64,000 bases of DNA from Pseudomonadota bacterium (GTDB lineage Bacteria; Bdellovibrionota; Bdellovibrionia; Bdellovibrionales; Bdellovibrionaceae), in NCBI GenBank assembly GCA_041178425.1, contig JBEGVH010000013.1, positions 1-64,000 on the forward strand, read 5' to 3'. The notes below the pieces were generated by a model. The model did no database searches. It saw only the letters and a list, made by a program, of their open reading frames with translations, and had not been told where the DNA came from. Position 1 is the stretch's first letter. Each line of letters begins with the position of its first letter. The translations under genes and the position numbers were made by a program. Below are positions 8,988 through 19,341 of the stretch, piece by piece.

Positions 8988-11870
8988 TTAATTCCCTTTG
9001 TCTTGATAGGATTCAATCGGAAGACAACTGCAAACGACATTTTTGTCGCCATAAACATTATCTACTCGGCGGACCGATGGCCAAAATTTATTTTTGCGAA
9101 TCCACGGAAGCGGGAATGCCGCTTTTTCTCGTGAATATTTGTGATTCCACTCCGAGCTCGTCAACATGTCCAAAGTGTGAGGAGATTGTAGTAGTGGATT
9201 ATCAACTGCATCCATGAGGCCCGTTGCAACCTCATCTATTTCTTTACGAATACTAATCATTGCCTCAATAAAACGATCGAGTTCTTGCTTTGACTCACTT
9301 TCAGTTGGTTCTATCATTAAAGTTCCAGCAACGGGCCAAGACATCGTCGGAGCATGAAATCCATAATCCATGAGTCGCTTAGCTACATCTGTAACATCAA
9401 TGCCAGATTGTTTTTTCATTTCACGGAGATCAATAATACATTCGTGGGCAACAAATCCATTTCGCCCCTTATATAAAATCGGATAGTGGCCTTCGAGTTT
9501 TTTTGCAATATAGTTGGCATTCAAAATGGCAACTAAACTCGCTTTTTTAAGCCCCTCATTGCCCATCATAGTGATATAGCTCCAAGAAATCGGAAGAATA
9601 CTTGCCGAACCCCACGGGGCAGATGTTGTGCTGCTTGTGCCCGTGTTTGGACCAGAGGCTGGGACCATTTTCATTTGCGGCAAATAAGGCTGAAGGTGAG
9701 CTTTAACTCCGATCGGACCGACACCAGGGCCGCCACCCCCGTGAGGAATTGCAAAGGTCTTATGTAGATTCATATGAGCGACATCGGGACCGAACTCTCC
9801 AGGTCTACAAAGGCCTACGAGGGCATTTAGATTTGCGCCATCCATATAAACTTGCCCACCCTGATGGTGAATGATCTGACAAATTTCAAGAATATTTTCT
9901 TCAAACACACCGTGAGTTGATGGATAAGTGATCATCAGGGCAGCCAAGTTTGAAGAATGCTCCGTCGCCTTTTTTTGTAGGTCTAAAACATCAACGTTGC
10001 CCTGAGAATCACATTGAACCACGACAACTTTCATTCCTGCCATGACGGCGCTCGCGGGATTTGTTCCATGGGCAGAACTTGGTATTAAACAGATGTTACG
10101 ATGACCTTCTCCTCGGCTTTCATGATACTTGCGTATGACCAACAAGCCGGCGTACTCCCCCTGTGAGCCAGCGTTTGGCTGTAAACTTACTCCAGAAAAG
10201 CCAGTGATTTCACTTAGTTTGTTTTCGAGATCTTTCATTAGCTCAAGATATCCACTCACCTGCTCCAATGGCGCAAAGGGGTGAATGCCATTCACCTCGC
10301 TCCACGAAACTGGGATTAGTTCAGCTGTAGCATTGAGCTTCATTGTGCACGAGCCGAGTGGTATCATTGAGAACGTTAGAGAAAGATCTTTGTTTTGTAG
10401 AAAATGGATGTATCTTAAAATTTCTGTTTCTGAATGATGGGAATTAAAAACAGGGTGTGTAAGATAGTCTGATGTTCTGATCAATTGAGGTGGTACATTT
10501 AGACTAGCTTTATTTAAAGGCTCAAGGTCTAGTTCAATAGGTTCATTCTTATTAAAGCATTGAATCAACGTTTGAATTATCTCAACGCTCGTTGTTTCGT
10601 TTATTGAAATGCCGACTTTATTTTTTTGAGGATAAAGGCGTAGGTTGATCTTGTGCTTTGTTGTGTTTTGAACAACTTCTTCGAAGGCTTGGCTAGAAAG
10701 CGGGACTGTGAGTGTATCAAAGAAGCTTTCAGACGTGGAGATACCCAGATTGTTGAGACCCAATTTCACAACTTGAGTCAGCGCATGAATACGAGCGGCA
10801 ATATCTTTCAGACCTTGCGGTCCATGGTAGACGGCATACATTGAGGCCATATTTGCCAATAGTACTTGGGCGGTGCAGATATTGCTTGTCGCCTTCTCGC
10901 GTCTAATATGTTGTTCTCTAGTTTGTAGAGCTAGTCGAAGCGCGGGCTTTTGGTCAGCATCGATAGACACGCCAATAAGTCGGCCGGGTAATTGGCGCTT
11001 ATGCTTATCTGTAGTTGCCAAAAAGGCTGCGTGCGGGCCACCAAATCCAAGCGGAACTCCAAAGCGCTGACTGTTTCCCGTTACTATGTCGGCCCCCCAT
11101 TCTCCCGGAGGACGAAGCAGTGTAAGAGACAGCAGATCCACGTTTGCAATTACTATAGCATTGTGCTCGTGGGCCTTTTTTGCGAGAGCAGTATAATCGA
11201 CCACTTCCCCATCGGAATGTGGGTATTGAATTAAAACTGCAAAAACATCCTGGGTAAAGTCAAATTTGTTGGCATCCCCGAAAAGCAACTCAATCCCCAT
11301 AGCCTCAGATCGGGTCTGCATAACTTCCAAAACGTGTGGGTGGCAAGAGGACGAAACGAACATTTTCTGAGATTTAGACTTGGTATTAATATTCTGAGCC
11401 ATGACCATGGCTTCAGCAGCGGCAGTCCCTTCATCTAAAAGAGAGGCGTTGGAGATCTCCATGCCAGTGAGGTCTTTTATCATCGTCTGAAAGTTAAGAA
11501 GTGCCTCCATTCGGCCCTGAGAAATTTCGGCTTGGTAGGGGGTATAGGCAGTGTACCATGCTGGATTTTCCAGAATATTTCTCAAGATCACTGGTGGAGT
11601 AAAGGTATCGTGGTAGCCCATTCCGATCATAGAATGGTAAACTCGGTTCTTTGACATTATGGACTTGATTTGCTTTAGCGTTTCAAATTCGTCTTGAGGC
11701 ACGAATGAAAGCTCGTGGTTTGATAGAATTGATTTTGGAATGGTTTTTTGAGCGAGATCCGCCAGGCTCGAGCATGAAATTGCCTCAAGCATTGTTTGAA
11801 GTTCGTTATCTCGCGGACCAATGTGACGACGGATAAAGTCTTTTGCTTTTTGCATTTCAGTGATTGCCAT
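8988..11870 (-). CDS. gcvP: Glycine dehydrogenase (decarboxylating), P protein
   Basis: [36 protein letters not shown] and NLHKTF (PLP Lys) motifs. Start moved to ATG 11870 behind GGGAGAGG. Confidence 0.98.
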   Translation of the reverse strand: MAITEMQKAKDFIRRHIGPRDNELQTMLEAISCSSLADLAQKTIPKSILSNHELSFVPQDEFETLKQIKSIMSKNRVYHSMIGMGYHDTFTPPVILRNILENPAWYTAYTPYQAEISQGRMEALLNFQTMIKDLTGMEISNASLLDEGTAAAEAMVMAQNINTKSKSQKMFVSSSCHPHVLEVMQTRSEAMGIELLFGDANKFDFTQDVFAVLIQYPHSDGEVVDYTALAKKAHEHNAIVIANVDLLSLTLLRPPGEWGADIVTGNSQRFGVPLGFGGPHAAFLATTDKHKRQLPGRLIGVSIDADQKPALRLALQTREQHIRREKATSNICTAQVLLANMASMYAVYHGPQGLKDIAARIHALTQVVKLGLNNLGISTSESFFDTLTVPLSSQAFEEVVQNTTKHKINLRLYPQKNKVGISINETTSVEIIQTLIQCFNKNEPIELDLEPLNKASLNVPPQLIRTSDYLTHPVFNSHHSETEILRYIHFLQNKDLSLTFSMIPLGSCTMKLNATAELIPVSWSEVNGIHPFAPLEQVSGYLELMKDLENKLSEITGFSGVSLQPNAGSQGEYAGLLVIRKYHESRGEGHRNICLIPSSAHGTNPASAVMAGMKVVVVQCDSQGNVDVLDLQKKATEHSSNLAALMITYPSTHGVFEENILEICQIIHHQGGQVYMDGANLNALVGLCRPGEFGPDVAHMNLHKTFAIPHGGGGPGVGPIGVKAHLQPYLPQMKMVPASGPNTGTSSTTSAPWGSASILPISWSYITMMGNEGLKKASLVAILNANYIAKKLEGHYPILYKGRNGFVAHECIIDLREMKKQSGIDVTDVAKRLMDYGFHAPTMSWPVAGTLMIEPTESESKQELDRFIEAMISIRKEIDEVATGLMDAVDNPLLQSPHTLDMLTSSEWNHKYSREKAAFPLPWIRKNKFWPSVRRVDNVYGDKNVVCSCLPIESYQDKGN

Positions 11871-11985
11871 AACCTCTCCCTTTTTTGGAGCCCACGTTGT
11901 AACATGCTGAAATTTGTATAGCAAAAGATCTCGAAAAAAATGCTTTTTTCAAATTGAATTTTTTGAAGGAACTAAGCAAGTCAGT

Positions 11986-12015
11986 AAAAAATTGGCCCTA
12001 AAAGAATAAAGGGCC
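11986..12015 (-). terminator. Probable terminator after the 12042-12443 gene
   Basis: Minus strand GGCCCT-N10-AGGGCC followed by AATTTTTT. Confidence 0.5.
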
Positions 12016-12041
12016 TTCTATAAATATCGAATTATACAAGA

Positions 12042-12443
12042 TTAGACTTTCGTAGCCTTTTTACGATTTTTGGTGCTCTTACGTTTTGGAGAGGCGCTCT
12101 TTTTTGTGCCCATCTTCTGGGCAGTTGCTTTCTTCTTTACCTCAGCTTTTTGCTTTAGGGCGATCGCTTTGTATTGGGCGATTGTCTTTTCAACGCTAGA
12201 TGCAGATTTCTTGATTGATTTTAAAGTTCGCTTGAATTCCTGATCCAATTGCTTTTGAGCTAGCGTCAATTTCTTCAAGACATCTTGATAGTTTTTTTCA
12301 GCAAGAATCCAGTTGTCTTGGCCAATGGTTTCTTTAATTTTTGCCAATTCTGAATTAAATTTTTTCTGTATATCAGATTTAAAAGTCGTCCATCGTGGGT
12401 GACTATTAAGTTCATTGAGAAAATTATTAACTGTTGTTTGCAT
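12042..12443 (-). CDS. Hypothetical coiled-coil protein with Lys-rich basic C-terminal tail
   Basis: Strong SD (GGGGAGGG); helical body; tail KKKATAQKMGTKKSASPKRKSTKNRKKATKV. Confidence 0.75.
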   Translation of the reverse strand: MQTTVNNFLNELNSHPRWTTFKSDIQKKFNSELAKIKETIGQDNWILAEKNYQDVLKKLTLAQKQLDQEFKRTLKSIKKSASSVEKTIAQYKAIALKQKAEVKKKATAQKMGTKKSASPKRKSTKNRKKATKV

Positions 12444-12550
12444 ATTTTATCCCTCCCCTAAGATGATAGTGGCTAGCACAGTAATTGACCAAGCGCAACT
12501 AGGTGATTTGCTGAGGGATCAAAAAGCCAATGAAAGCCCCGTGAAAGCTT

Positions 12551-13675
12551 TTAGGACCAAAAACGCAGGAAAAATAAGAGGCGCCCAAGGACCCTGTACC
12601 ACCAAGGTTTTCTATCAATCCAATCAGAGGTAATTTCTGTGCACTCTCTAAGATCGTCTATGAAGCTTTGTTCTAGTTGTAGTTTCGTTTCAGCATTGGA
12701 CAAAAGCACTTCAACTTCCAAATCGTGCAGGAAGCTACGATGGTTAAAATTCGTAGAGCCAATAGTATGTATGTCATCTACGACAAGTACTTTTTTGTGT
12801 AAGAATCTATTTTGGTATTCGAAAATACGAATTCCGTGCCGAACGAGTTGTCCTAGAAGTGCAAATGTTAAGATCTTAACTATTGGTTGGTCGTTCTTTT
12901 CAGGAATAATGACTTTAATTTCAATTCTTCTTTTAGCCGCATGATAAAGAGCTCTAAGGAGGGAGCGTTCAGGAACGAAGTAAGGGGTTTGGATCCAAAT
13001 ACGTTCCTTTGCTCTTTTTAGCCGGCGTTTCTGAATAAAAGTTGTTCGTCTTCGTCTGAAAAAAGAATCATTGAGAAGAATAAGTGATGAGCTAGGAGGA
13101 GGTGCAAAACGGAGCCATCGCCTATGAAAAAATGCTTTGTCAAAAGCATGGCTCAGGATGTTTACTGCGCGGCCAGTAAATCTCGCGCCGATATCTCCCC
13201 ATGCATTTTTACCATAGACCTCTTTTAGGTGCACATCCGTTACATTTAGGCTACTTACCCAAGCTACTTTTTTGTCGATGATGACAACTTTGCGATGAAA
13301 TCCTCGATTAATTCCTTTGAGGCGATACCAAAGTTTTCCAAGTAGAGATTGAGGTTCTCCTCGACTATGTCGAACATGCCGCCAAGGGAGAGCTCGGTAG
13401 AGGCGAATTCGAACTCCTGCAGATTCCAGTTGTGAGCCAATCGAATTCCAAAATAGGGGGGATCCCCAGCCATCGGCGATAATTCGAACAGAAACGCCGC
13501 GGGCGCGGGCCGCACGAAAAGTTTCGAGAAGTCGTTGAGCAAACAGACCATCTTCGAACGTGAAGACTTCCATGTCGATGGATCTCTTTGCCCCATTCAT
13601 ATCTTGGATTAAATCGCGAACTAAGTCGTCATTATCCAGGTATAATTTTTCAGAGTTCCACCGCGAAAAGCTCAT
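12551..13675 (-). CDS. Phospholipase D family, cardiolipin synthase ClsB-like
   Basis: Two HKD motifs (HRKVVIID...SLN and HKKVLVVD...GSTN) and TPYFVP. Start is probably ATG 13675; the ORF-track TTG at 13714 coincides with a TTGACA -35 element. Confidence 0.9.
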   Translation of the reverse strand: MSFSRWNSEKLYLDNDDLVRDLIQDMNGAKRSIDMEVFTFEDGLFAQRLLETFRAARARGVSVRIIADGWGSPLFWNSIGSQLESAGVRIRLYRALPWRHVRHSRGEPQSLLGKLWYRLKGINRGFHRKVVIIDKKVAWVSSLNVTDVHLKEVYGKNAWGDIGARFTGRAVNILSHAFDKAFFHRRWLRFAPPPSSSLILLNDSFFRRRRTTFIQKRRLKRAKERIWIQTPYFVPERSLLRALYHAAKRRIEIKVIIPEKNDQPIVKILTFALLGQLVRHGIRIFEYQNRFLHKKVLVVDDIHTIGSTNFNHRSFLHDLEVEVLLSNAETKLQLEQSFIDDLRECTEITSDWIDRKPWWYRVLGRLLFFLRFWS

Positions 13676-13783
13676 AGCTTGAGAAATGTATCGTAGTGCT
13701 GGTATGAGTGTCAAAAGTTAGGGGAGTAAACAGGCAGTATTTCCCGGGGCGCTGGCAATTGGATACCTATTCGAGGAGTTTCG

Positions 13784-15061
13784 ATGAAGTTAAAAAATCC
13801 TGATTTAGACCATAAGCTAAGATTAGAGTTTCTCTCCGATTGGAAAGAGCTTTATCCAGAATTGAGTAAACAGGGCCTAGGAGGAATGATTATTTTTCGT
13901 GGTGGGCAGGTCTACCTTGAACGTGACGGTGAATACAAAATTCAGTTGTGTGGGCTCAGTTCTGCCTCAATATTGGGCTTGGATGAAGGGAAGTTCTCCC
14001 CAAACCAGGTTTTAATTTCAGGTGATTGGGTGGAGTGCAGAGGTGAGCAAATTGGAAACCAATTGCTCTTAGCAGAGATTATTCTACTGAGTCCCAATCT
14101 TTACGATAATGGACATTGTGCCGAGGTGCCTGAAATGGTGAAGCTTTGGGCTTCATTTTTGCTTGAGGTGAATCAATTTTTTGTTCGAGAGGGTTTTGTC
14201 CATTTGAATACTCCTACCTTGGTTGCATGCCCGGGCACTGAGCCCTTTCTGGAGCCATTTGTAACCGAATTAAAAGTCGGGTCAAAGACTCAAAAACTTT
14301 ATCTTCCAACCAGTCCAGAATTACATTTGAAAAAGTGCCTCGCGAAGGGGTGGGACAAAATTTATGAAATTCGCCCCTGTTTTCGAAATGGCGAGATTTC
14401 TCCAATTCATCAGCCAGAATTTTTCATGTTGGAGTGGTATAGGGCATTTGCTGGCACTGAGAAAATTCAAGAAGATCTCAAGCGATTAGTGGTGTCAATT
14501 GATCCAAAGTTCACGCACCTAAATTGGGTTCACAAAAGCATGGCTGAATTATTTAGGGACTATTTAGATTTTGAACTTCACCCTTGGACCACAATGACCG
14601 ATCTGACTGAGTTAGCTTGCTCTCATGGTGTGGATGTATCTAGGGCAGCTGATTTTGATGAGGTCTTTTTTTTCATTTTTGTGGAGAAAATTGAGCCTCA
14701 GCTGAAGAATTATGATTGTCTTTTTTTACATAGTTATCCTCCAAGTCAGGCGGCATTGGCGCGATTGAACTCCGAGGGCTGGGGGGACCGATTCGAATTT
14801 TATATTCGAGGGATGGAAGTTGCTAATGCATTTAATGAGCTCAATAATCCGAGGATACAGCGGCTAAGGTCTAGCGAAGATCTTGCAAAAAAGAAGCTGC
14901 ATGGTCGATCGCCAATAGACCTGGATGAAGAATTTTTTGTTCATCTTGAAAAGGGTATGCCGCCATCTTGTGGTATCGCCCTCGGCCTTGAACGATTATT
15001 TATGGGTATTAAAAATATCGAAAAGATCGAGTGTTTTCGTTTGTTTTATGCCAAAAATTAA
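13784..15061 (+). CDS. epmA: EF-P lysine aminoacylase EpmA/GenX with N-terminal extension
   Basis: LPTSPELHLKK, CFRNGE...HQPEFFMLEWYR, RFEFY...ANAFNEL and GMPPSCGIALGLERL motifs. Confidence 0.9.
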   Translation: MKLKNPDLDHKLRLEFLSDWKELYPELSKQGLGGMIIFRGGQVYLERDGEYKIQLCGLSSASILGLDEGKFSPNQVLISGDWVECRGEQIGNQLLLAEIILLSPNLYDNGHCAEVPEMVKLWASFLLEVNQFFVREGFVHLNTPTLVACPGTEPFLEPFVTELKVGSKTQKLYLPTSPELHLKKCLAKGWDKIYEIRPCFRNGEISPIHQPEFFMLEWYRAFAGTEKIQEDLKRLVVSIDPKFTHLNWVHKSMAELFRDYLDFELHPWTTMTDLTELACSHGVDVSRAADFDEVFFFIFVEKIEPQLKNYDCLFLHSYPPSQAALARLNSEGWGDRFEFYIRGMEVANAFNELNNPRIQRLRSSEDLAKKKLHGRSPIDLDEEFFVHLEKGMPPSCGIALGLERLFMGIKNIEKIECFRLFYAKN

Positions 15062-15196
15062 ATTTATTTAATAAACGAGTCTGACTATTCCCCTCAGTAG
15101 TTGGGGCGTCATGACTCTCGCAATTGGAAAAAGTTGTAGCTAGCAACTAAGTCCTATTTAACAGCGTTAACTTCATCAATGGAGGTTTTCGCGACC

Positions 15197-17602
15197 ATGG
15201 CGAGTTGGATGCTGCCTTCGAATGCTCTAAGTGTTCAAGTAAAACAAGAAAATTTCCAATTTCAGACGACGGCTGAATTAGAGCCATTGATAGGAAGCCT
15301 CGGTCAGGAGAGAGCTCTGCATGCTTTGCAGGTCGCTGCAGAGATTGATTCCTGGGATTACAATGTTTTTGTTATCGGTGAAACCGGATTAGGAAAACAT
15401 GAGGTTGTCCGAAGTTTTCTCGAAGACCAAATAGCTCACAGAGTGATTTCTGGGGATTGGATCTACGTTTACAACTTTATAAATCCAGATCAGCCAACCG
15501 CGATTATGCTTCCCCCTGGTAATGCCAGAGGCTTTCAGAGGCAGATGGCTCAATTCATCGACGATTTGAGGACAACTATTCCATCACTTTATGAGAGCGA
15601 AAGGTACCGCAACAGAAGAGATAGTTTAATTAAAGAGTTCAAAGATTTGCAAGATCGAGCCATTTCCGATTTGCAAGATCGGGCTAAAAAATTAAATGTT
15701 TATCTATTAAACTTGCGCGGGAACTTGATCTTTGCGCAGGGAGATAAATCTGGGAATTTAATTGATGACGACGCTCTTTCAAAGATGTCAGAAGAGGAGC
15801 AGAAAGAGATCAGCACCAGGTTATTTCATTTTAATGAGGAATTGCTTGCGGTAGTGAGTCAGTTTCCAATTTTAGAGCGTCAGCTCAGAAATAATCTAAA
15901 AGAGTTTAGTCACGAAATGATAGCCGTCGAGGTTGAGACTCTTTCTAAGGATTTAAGAGAATGCTACAGTGATCATCCCAAAATTAAAAATTATCTGGCT
16001 GAGTTGACAAAAGATATTATCGAAAATGCGAGATATTTTAGGCGTGGCCAGGAGGAGCAAGTTGAAATTTTTGAGCGGTTTGCATCGCCCTTAAAAAGAT
16101 ATCAAATAAATATTATGATAGAACAATCAACTAGTTCGAGAGGGCCAGTCATCTACGAGGATAACCCAACCTTTATGAACCTCGTTGGGCAAATTGAACA
16201 TGTTTCTCATATGGGAGCTTTGGTCACGGATTTCAGTTTAATAAAAGCAGGAGCACTTCATCGGGCTAGCGGTGGATTTTTGATGTTAGATGCAAATAAG
16301 CTACTGACATCCGCTTATGCCTGGGAGGGTTTAAAGCGTTCGTTGAAGGCACAGAGAATTAGCATTGAATCTCTTGGGCAAGTTTATAATCTGATTTCTA
16401 CAGTTTCAGTCCGCCCTGAAGCCATTCCCCTTAATTGCAGAATCTTAGTTTTTGGAGACCGAGAAACTTTTCAGTTGCTGACAAGATTTGATCCAGAGTT
16501 TGCGACATTATTTAAAATAGTCACTGAATTTAATAATGTGATGAAAAGAACAGAACAAAATGAGTTCTATTTCATGCGCTTTATTGCAATGGAAATAAAG
16601 CGAAAAGAAATGCGTCCACTAGAGCTTAGTGGAGCCGTGCAAGTTTTAAAATATGCGATTAGGTGGGCTGAGGATACTGATCGAATCTCTTTAGATATTG
16701 AAAAAATTGTGAATCTATTAAAGGAAGCCAATTACTTCGCAAATCAATCCAGGTTAACTACTATTTCTGGGGAAATCGTACGAACGGCAATGGACGCCCA
16801 GAGAAAAAGGTTAAGTATGACCTATGAAAAAATCCTAGATGAAATGGTTCGTGGGACCGTTTTGGTGGATGTCGAAGGTTGGGTTGTGGGACAGGTGAAT
16901 GGGTTATCAATTTTTGAAGTCGGAAACTTGCTGTTTGGGAGAGTAAACCGAATTACCTCCGCTGTTAGTATGGGTGAAGGCCATGTTATCGACATAGAGA
17001 GGGAGACTAAGCTCGGTGGATCTATTCATTCAAAAGGAGTTTTAATCCTGGCTGGGTTTTTGCGCTCCTTTTACGCCTCAGATGTGCCCCTCGCCATTTC
17101 TGCGAGTCTTGTTTTTGAGCAATCCTATGGATCGGTTGAGGGTGATAGTGCCTCCTTGGCTGAGCTGTGTGCGCTGCTTTCATCCCTTTCGCAGTTTTCG
17201 GTTCGACAGTCGTTTGCAGTTACGGGATCTATCAATCAGCACGGAGAGGTGCAGGCCGTTGGGGCTATTAACGAAAAAATTGAGGGCTTTTTTGATTTAT
17301 GTTTGCAGCGAGGATTATCTAGCGAACAAGGAATGATTATTCCCAGAGCAAACATCAAACATTTAGCCTTACGTGAAGATATTGTCAGCGCTGTTGAAAA
17401 GAATCTTTTTACTATCTACGCGGTGGATAGCGTACATGACTGCATGCAGTTGTTAACGGGCATGCCTTCTCCCGCTATTACGGATAAAATTGAAAGTCGT
17501 TTAAGAGGTTACTCTGCGCAGATTCAAAAAATGAGGACTCCATCCTTAAGGCAAGCGCCTTCAAATTTAGAGATAAGAGAAATGAATGCTGCAAAAAAAT
17601 AA
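15197..17602 (+). CDS. Lon-like ATP-dependent protease (AAA_32/LonC-type with S16 protease domain)
   Basis: GQERA, GETGLGK, GALHRASGG, DIERETKLGG.IHSKG, FEQSY..VEGDSAS (catalytic Ser) and NEKIEGF (Lys). Start is 15197 or 15179. Confidence 0.92.
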   Translation: MASWMLPSNALSVQVKQENFQFQTTAELEPLIGSLGQERALHALQVAAEIDSWDYNVFVIGETGLGKHEVVRSFLEDQIAHRVISGDWIYVYNFINPDQPTAIMLPPGNARGFQRQMAQFIDDLRTTIPSLYESERYRNRRDSLIKEFKDLQDRAISDLQDRAKKLNVYLLNLRGNLIFAQGDKSGNLIDDDALSKMSEEEQKEISTRLFHFNEELLAVVSQFPILERQLRNNLKEFSHEMIAVEVETLSKDLRECYSDHPKIKNYLAELTKDIIENARYFRRGQEEQVEIFERFASPLKRYQINIMIEQSTSSRGPVIYEDNPTFMNLVGQIEHVSHMGALVTDFSLIKAGALHRASGGFLMLDANKLLTSAYAWEGLKRSLKAQRISIESLGQVYNLISTVSVRPEAIPLNCRILVFGDRETFQLLTRFDPEFATLFKIVTEFNNVMKRTEQNEFYFMRFIAMEIKRKEMRPLELSGAVQVLKYAIRWAEDTDRISLDIEKIVNLLKEANYFANQSRLTTISGEIVRTAMDAQRKRLSMTYEKILDEMVRGTVLVDVEGWVVGQVNGLSIFEVGNLLFGRVNRITSAVSMGEGHVIDIERETKLGGSIHSKGVLILAGFLRSFYASDVPLAISASLVFEQSYGSVEGDSASLAELCALLSSLSQFSVRQSFAVTGSINQHGEVQAVGAINEKIEGFFDLCLQRGLSSEQGMIIPRANIKHLALREDIVSAVEKNLFTIYAVDSVHDCMQLLTGMPSPAITDKIESRLRGYSAQIQKMRTPSLRQAPSNLEIREMNAAKK

Positions 17603-17628
17603 AAGGCCAACCAATTGGTTAGCCTTTT
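17601..17628. terminator. Bidirectional terminator between the Lon-like gene and tRNA-Leu
   Basis: AAAAGGCCAACC-AATT-GGTTAGCCTTTT hairpin flanked by A and T runs. Confidence 0.75.
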
Positions 17629-17643
17629 ATTTTTGTATATAAT

Positions 17644-17726
17644 TGGTGCCCCGCGAGGGACTTGAACCCCCACGCTTGCGCACTAGATCCTAAGTCTAGC
17701 GTGTCTGCCAATTTCACCAGCGGGGC
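17644..17726 (-). tRNA. tRNA-Leu (anticodon TAG), CCA encoded
   Basis: Reverse complement GCCCCGCTGGTGAAATTGGCAGACACGCTAGACTTAGGATCTAGTGCGCAAGCGTGGGGGTTCAAGTCCCTCGCGGGGCACCA: acceptor stem, anticodon arm CTAGA-CTTAGGA-TCTAG, variable arm and GTTCAA T-loop. Confidence 0.97.
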
Positions 17727-17752
17727 AAGAGCACAGAAGCTAATTAAAAATT

Positions 17753-18145
17753 CTACTTAGCTTCGTTTATTAGTCTTTTATAATCAGGGGCTCGCATCAA
17801 GTTGGCAAGTTCTTTTTCAGTATCCATCTCGATACGGATTAGCCACCCGTCATTCATTGGGTCATCGTTTAACACAGAAGGGTTGTCCATCAAAGTAGTA
17901 TTTACTTCAATTACAGTTCCTGACACAGGTGAGTAAAGATCACTTGCGGCTTTAACGCTTTCAATCACCCCAAAAGACTCATTTTGAGTAACTTTTGAGC
18001 CCTCTTCTGGGAGTTCAACATAAACTATTTCGCCCAAGGAGTCTTGAGCAAATTCAGTAATACCTACGGTGACGATATTCTCATCAACCTGAGCCCACTC
18101 GTGGTCTTTGGTGTAATAAAGATCTTCAGGAACGATAAATCCCAT
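17753..18145 (-). CDS. gcvH: Glycine cleavage system H protein
   Basis: YTKDHEW, VGITEFAQDSLG and IESVKAASD (lipoyl Lys) motifs. Confidence 0.97.
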   Translation of the reverse strand: MGFIVPEDLYYTKDHEWAQVDENIVTVGITEFAQDSLGEIVYVELPEEGSKVTQNESFGVIESVKAASDLYSPVSGTVIEVNTTLMDNPSVLNDDPMNDGWLIRIEMDTEKELANLMRAPDYKRLINEAK

Positions 18146-18154
18146 AGCAACTCC

Positions 18155-19249
18155 TTAAGTAGGTCTAACAAAGGGTGTTTGTACGACCTCGGCTTTCACT
18201 TTTCGCCCTCGAATTTCAACTAGGATCTCGGAGCCCAATTTTGCAAATTGAGGCCAAACATACCCGAGGCCAATTGGTTCATTTGTAGAAGGCGACAGAG
18301 TCCCACTGGTTACCTTGCCCATTTCTTGGTTGTCAAAAGAAAAGAGTGTATAGCCTTGGCGGGGTATTCCTTTTTCGATCAATTTGAATCCAACCAAAAC
18401 GAGAGGTAACCCAGCCTCCTTTTGAGCAACTAGAACTTCTTTTCCGATAAAGTTTTTTAGGTTTGGTTTAATGACCCATCCTAAACCGGCGGAATAAGGA
18501 TTGATGTGATCGTCAATTTCATGACCATAGAGACTATACTTCATCTCAAGTCGGAGGGTGTCTCTCGCGCCCAAGCCAATCGGCATGACACCAAAATTTT
18601 TTCCAACCTCGAGAAGGGCTTTCCAAAGATCAGCTGCAGCGGTGGCTGGGACGAATATTTCAGCCCCTTTTTCTCCGGTGTAGCCTGTTGTTGCCACCAT
18701 TAGCTCGATACCGTTCCATTGGACGTATTCCCATTTAAAGGGGGCTATGTCAGACACTCTGAAATTTAAAACTTTATCGAGCAAAGGGAGAGCCTTTGGG
18801 CCTTGAACAGCAATTTGCCCCCATCGATCACTCTCATCCGTAATCTCTGCCCCTTTATTGTGCGCTTTCATCCATTCGAAATCTTTGTCTTTGTTTGAAG
18901 CATTTACACAAACGAAATACTCATAACCGGGCTGTACGCAGTACACGATAATATCATCAACAAGCCCACCTTGGTCGTTCGGTAGAAGTGAATACTGAGC
19001 CTCGCCTTTTTTTAGTTTGCTGACGTCATTTGTTGTCAGCCATTCGGTTGTCTCCAATGCTTTTTCGCCTTTGATGCGAATTTCACCCATATGGGACACG
19101 TCGAAAAGGCCAACATTGGTGCGGACATTTAAATGCTCCTCTTTTAGACCGAGGTATTGAACGGGCATTTCGAAACCTGCAAAGGGTACCATCTTAGCGC
19201 CCAAATTTACGTGCTCTTGAAAGAGGGGAGTTCTTTTTATTTCTGCCAT
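18155..19249 (-). CDS. gcvT: Glycine cleavage system aminomethyltransferase T
   Basis: RTPL, MPVQY, GLFDVSHMG, TGYTGE and GLGARDTLRLE motifs. Confidence 0.97.
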   Translation of the reverse strand: MAEIKRTPLFQEHVNLGAKMVPFAGFEMPVQYLGLKEEHLNVRTNVGLFDVSHMGEIRIKGEKALETTEWLTTNDVSKLKKGEAQYSLLPNDQGGLVDDIIVYCVQPGYEYFVCVNASNKDKDFEWMKAHNKGAEITDESDRWGQIAVQGPKALPLLDKVLNFRVSDIAPFKWEYVQWNGIELMVATTGYTGEKGAEIFVPATAAADLWKALLEVGKNFGVMPIGLGARDTLRLEMKYSLYGHEIDDHINPYSAGLGWVIKPNLKNFIGKEVLVAQKEAGLPLVLVGFKLIEKGIPRQGYTLFSFDNQEMGKVTSGTLSPSTNEPIGLGYVWPQFAKLGSEILVEIRGRKVKAEVVQTPFVRPT

Positions 19250-19341
19250 ACCAACCTATTCCTTGTGTGATAACATTTAGCGTTTTTCGGAAAAACTACA
19301 GGAATGTCAACAGTACAGTCGTTTTGGCCTAAGTCATCATT

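Noticed and set aside
15062..17726. Genomic island integrated at tRNA-Leu
   Set aside because: No integrase and no duplicated tRNA 3' end were found, and the flanking genes are housekeeping types.
19250..19341. Glycine riboswitch upstream of gcvT (also checked 11871-12041 upstream of gcvP)
   Set aside because: The gaps are short and lack the paired GGAGA...CCGAAG...CTCTCAGG aptamer motifs.
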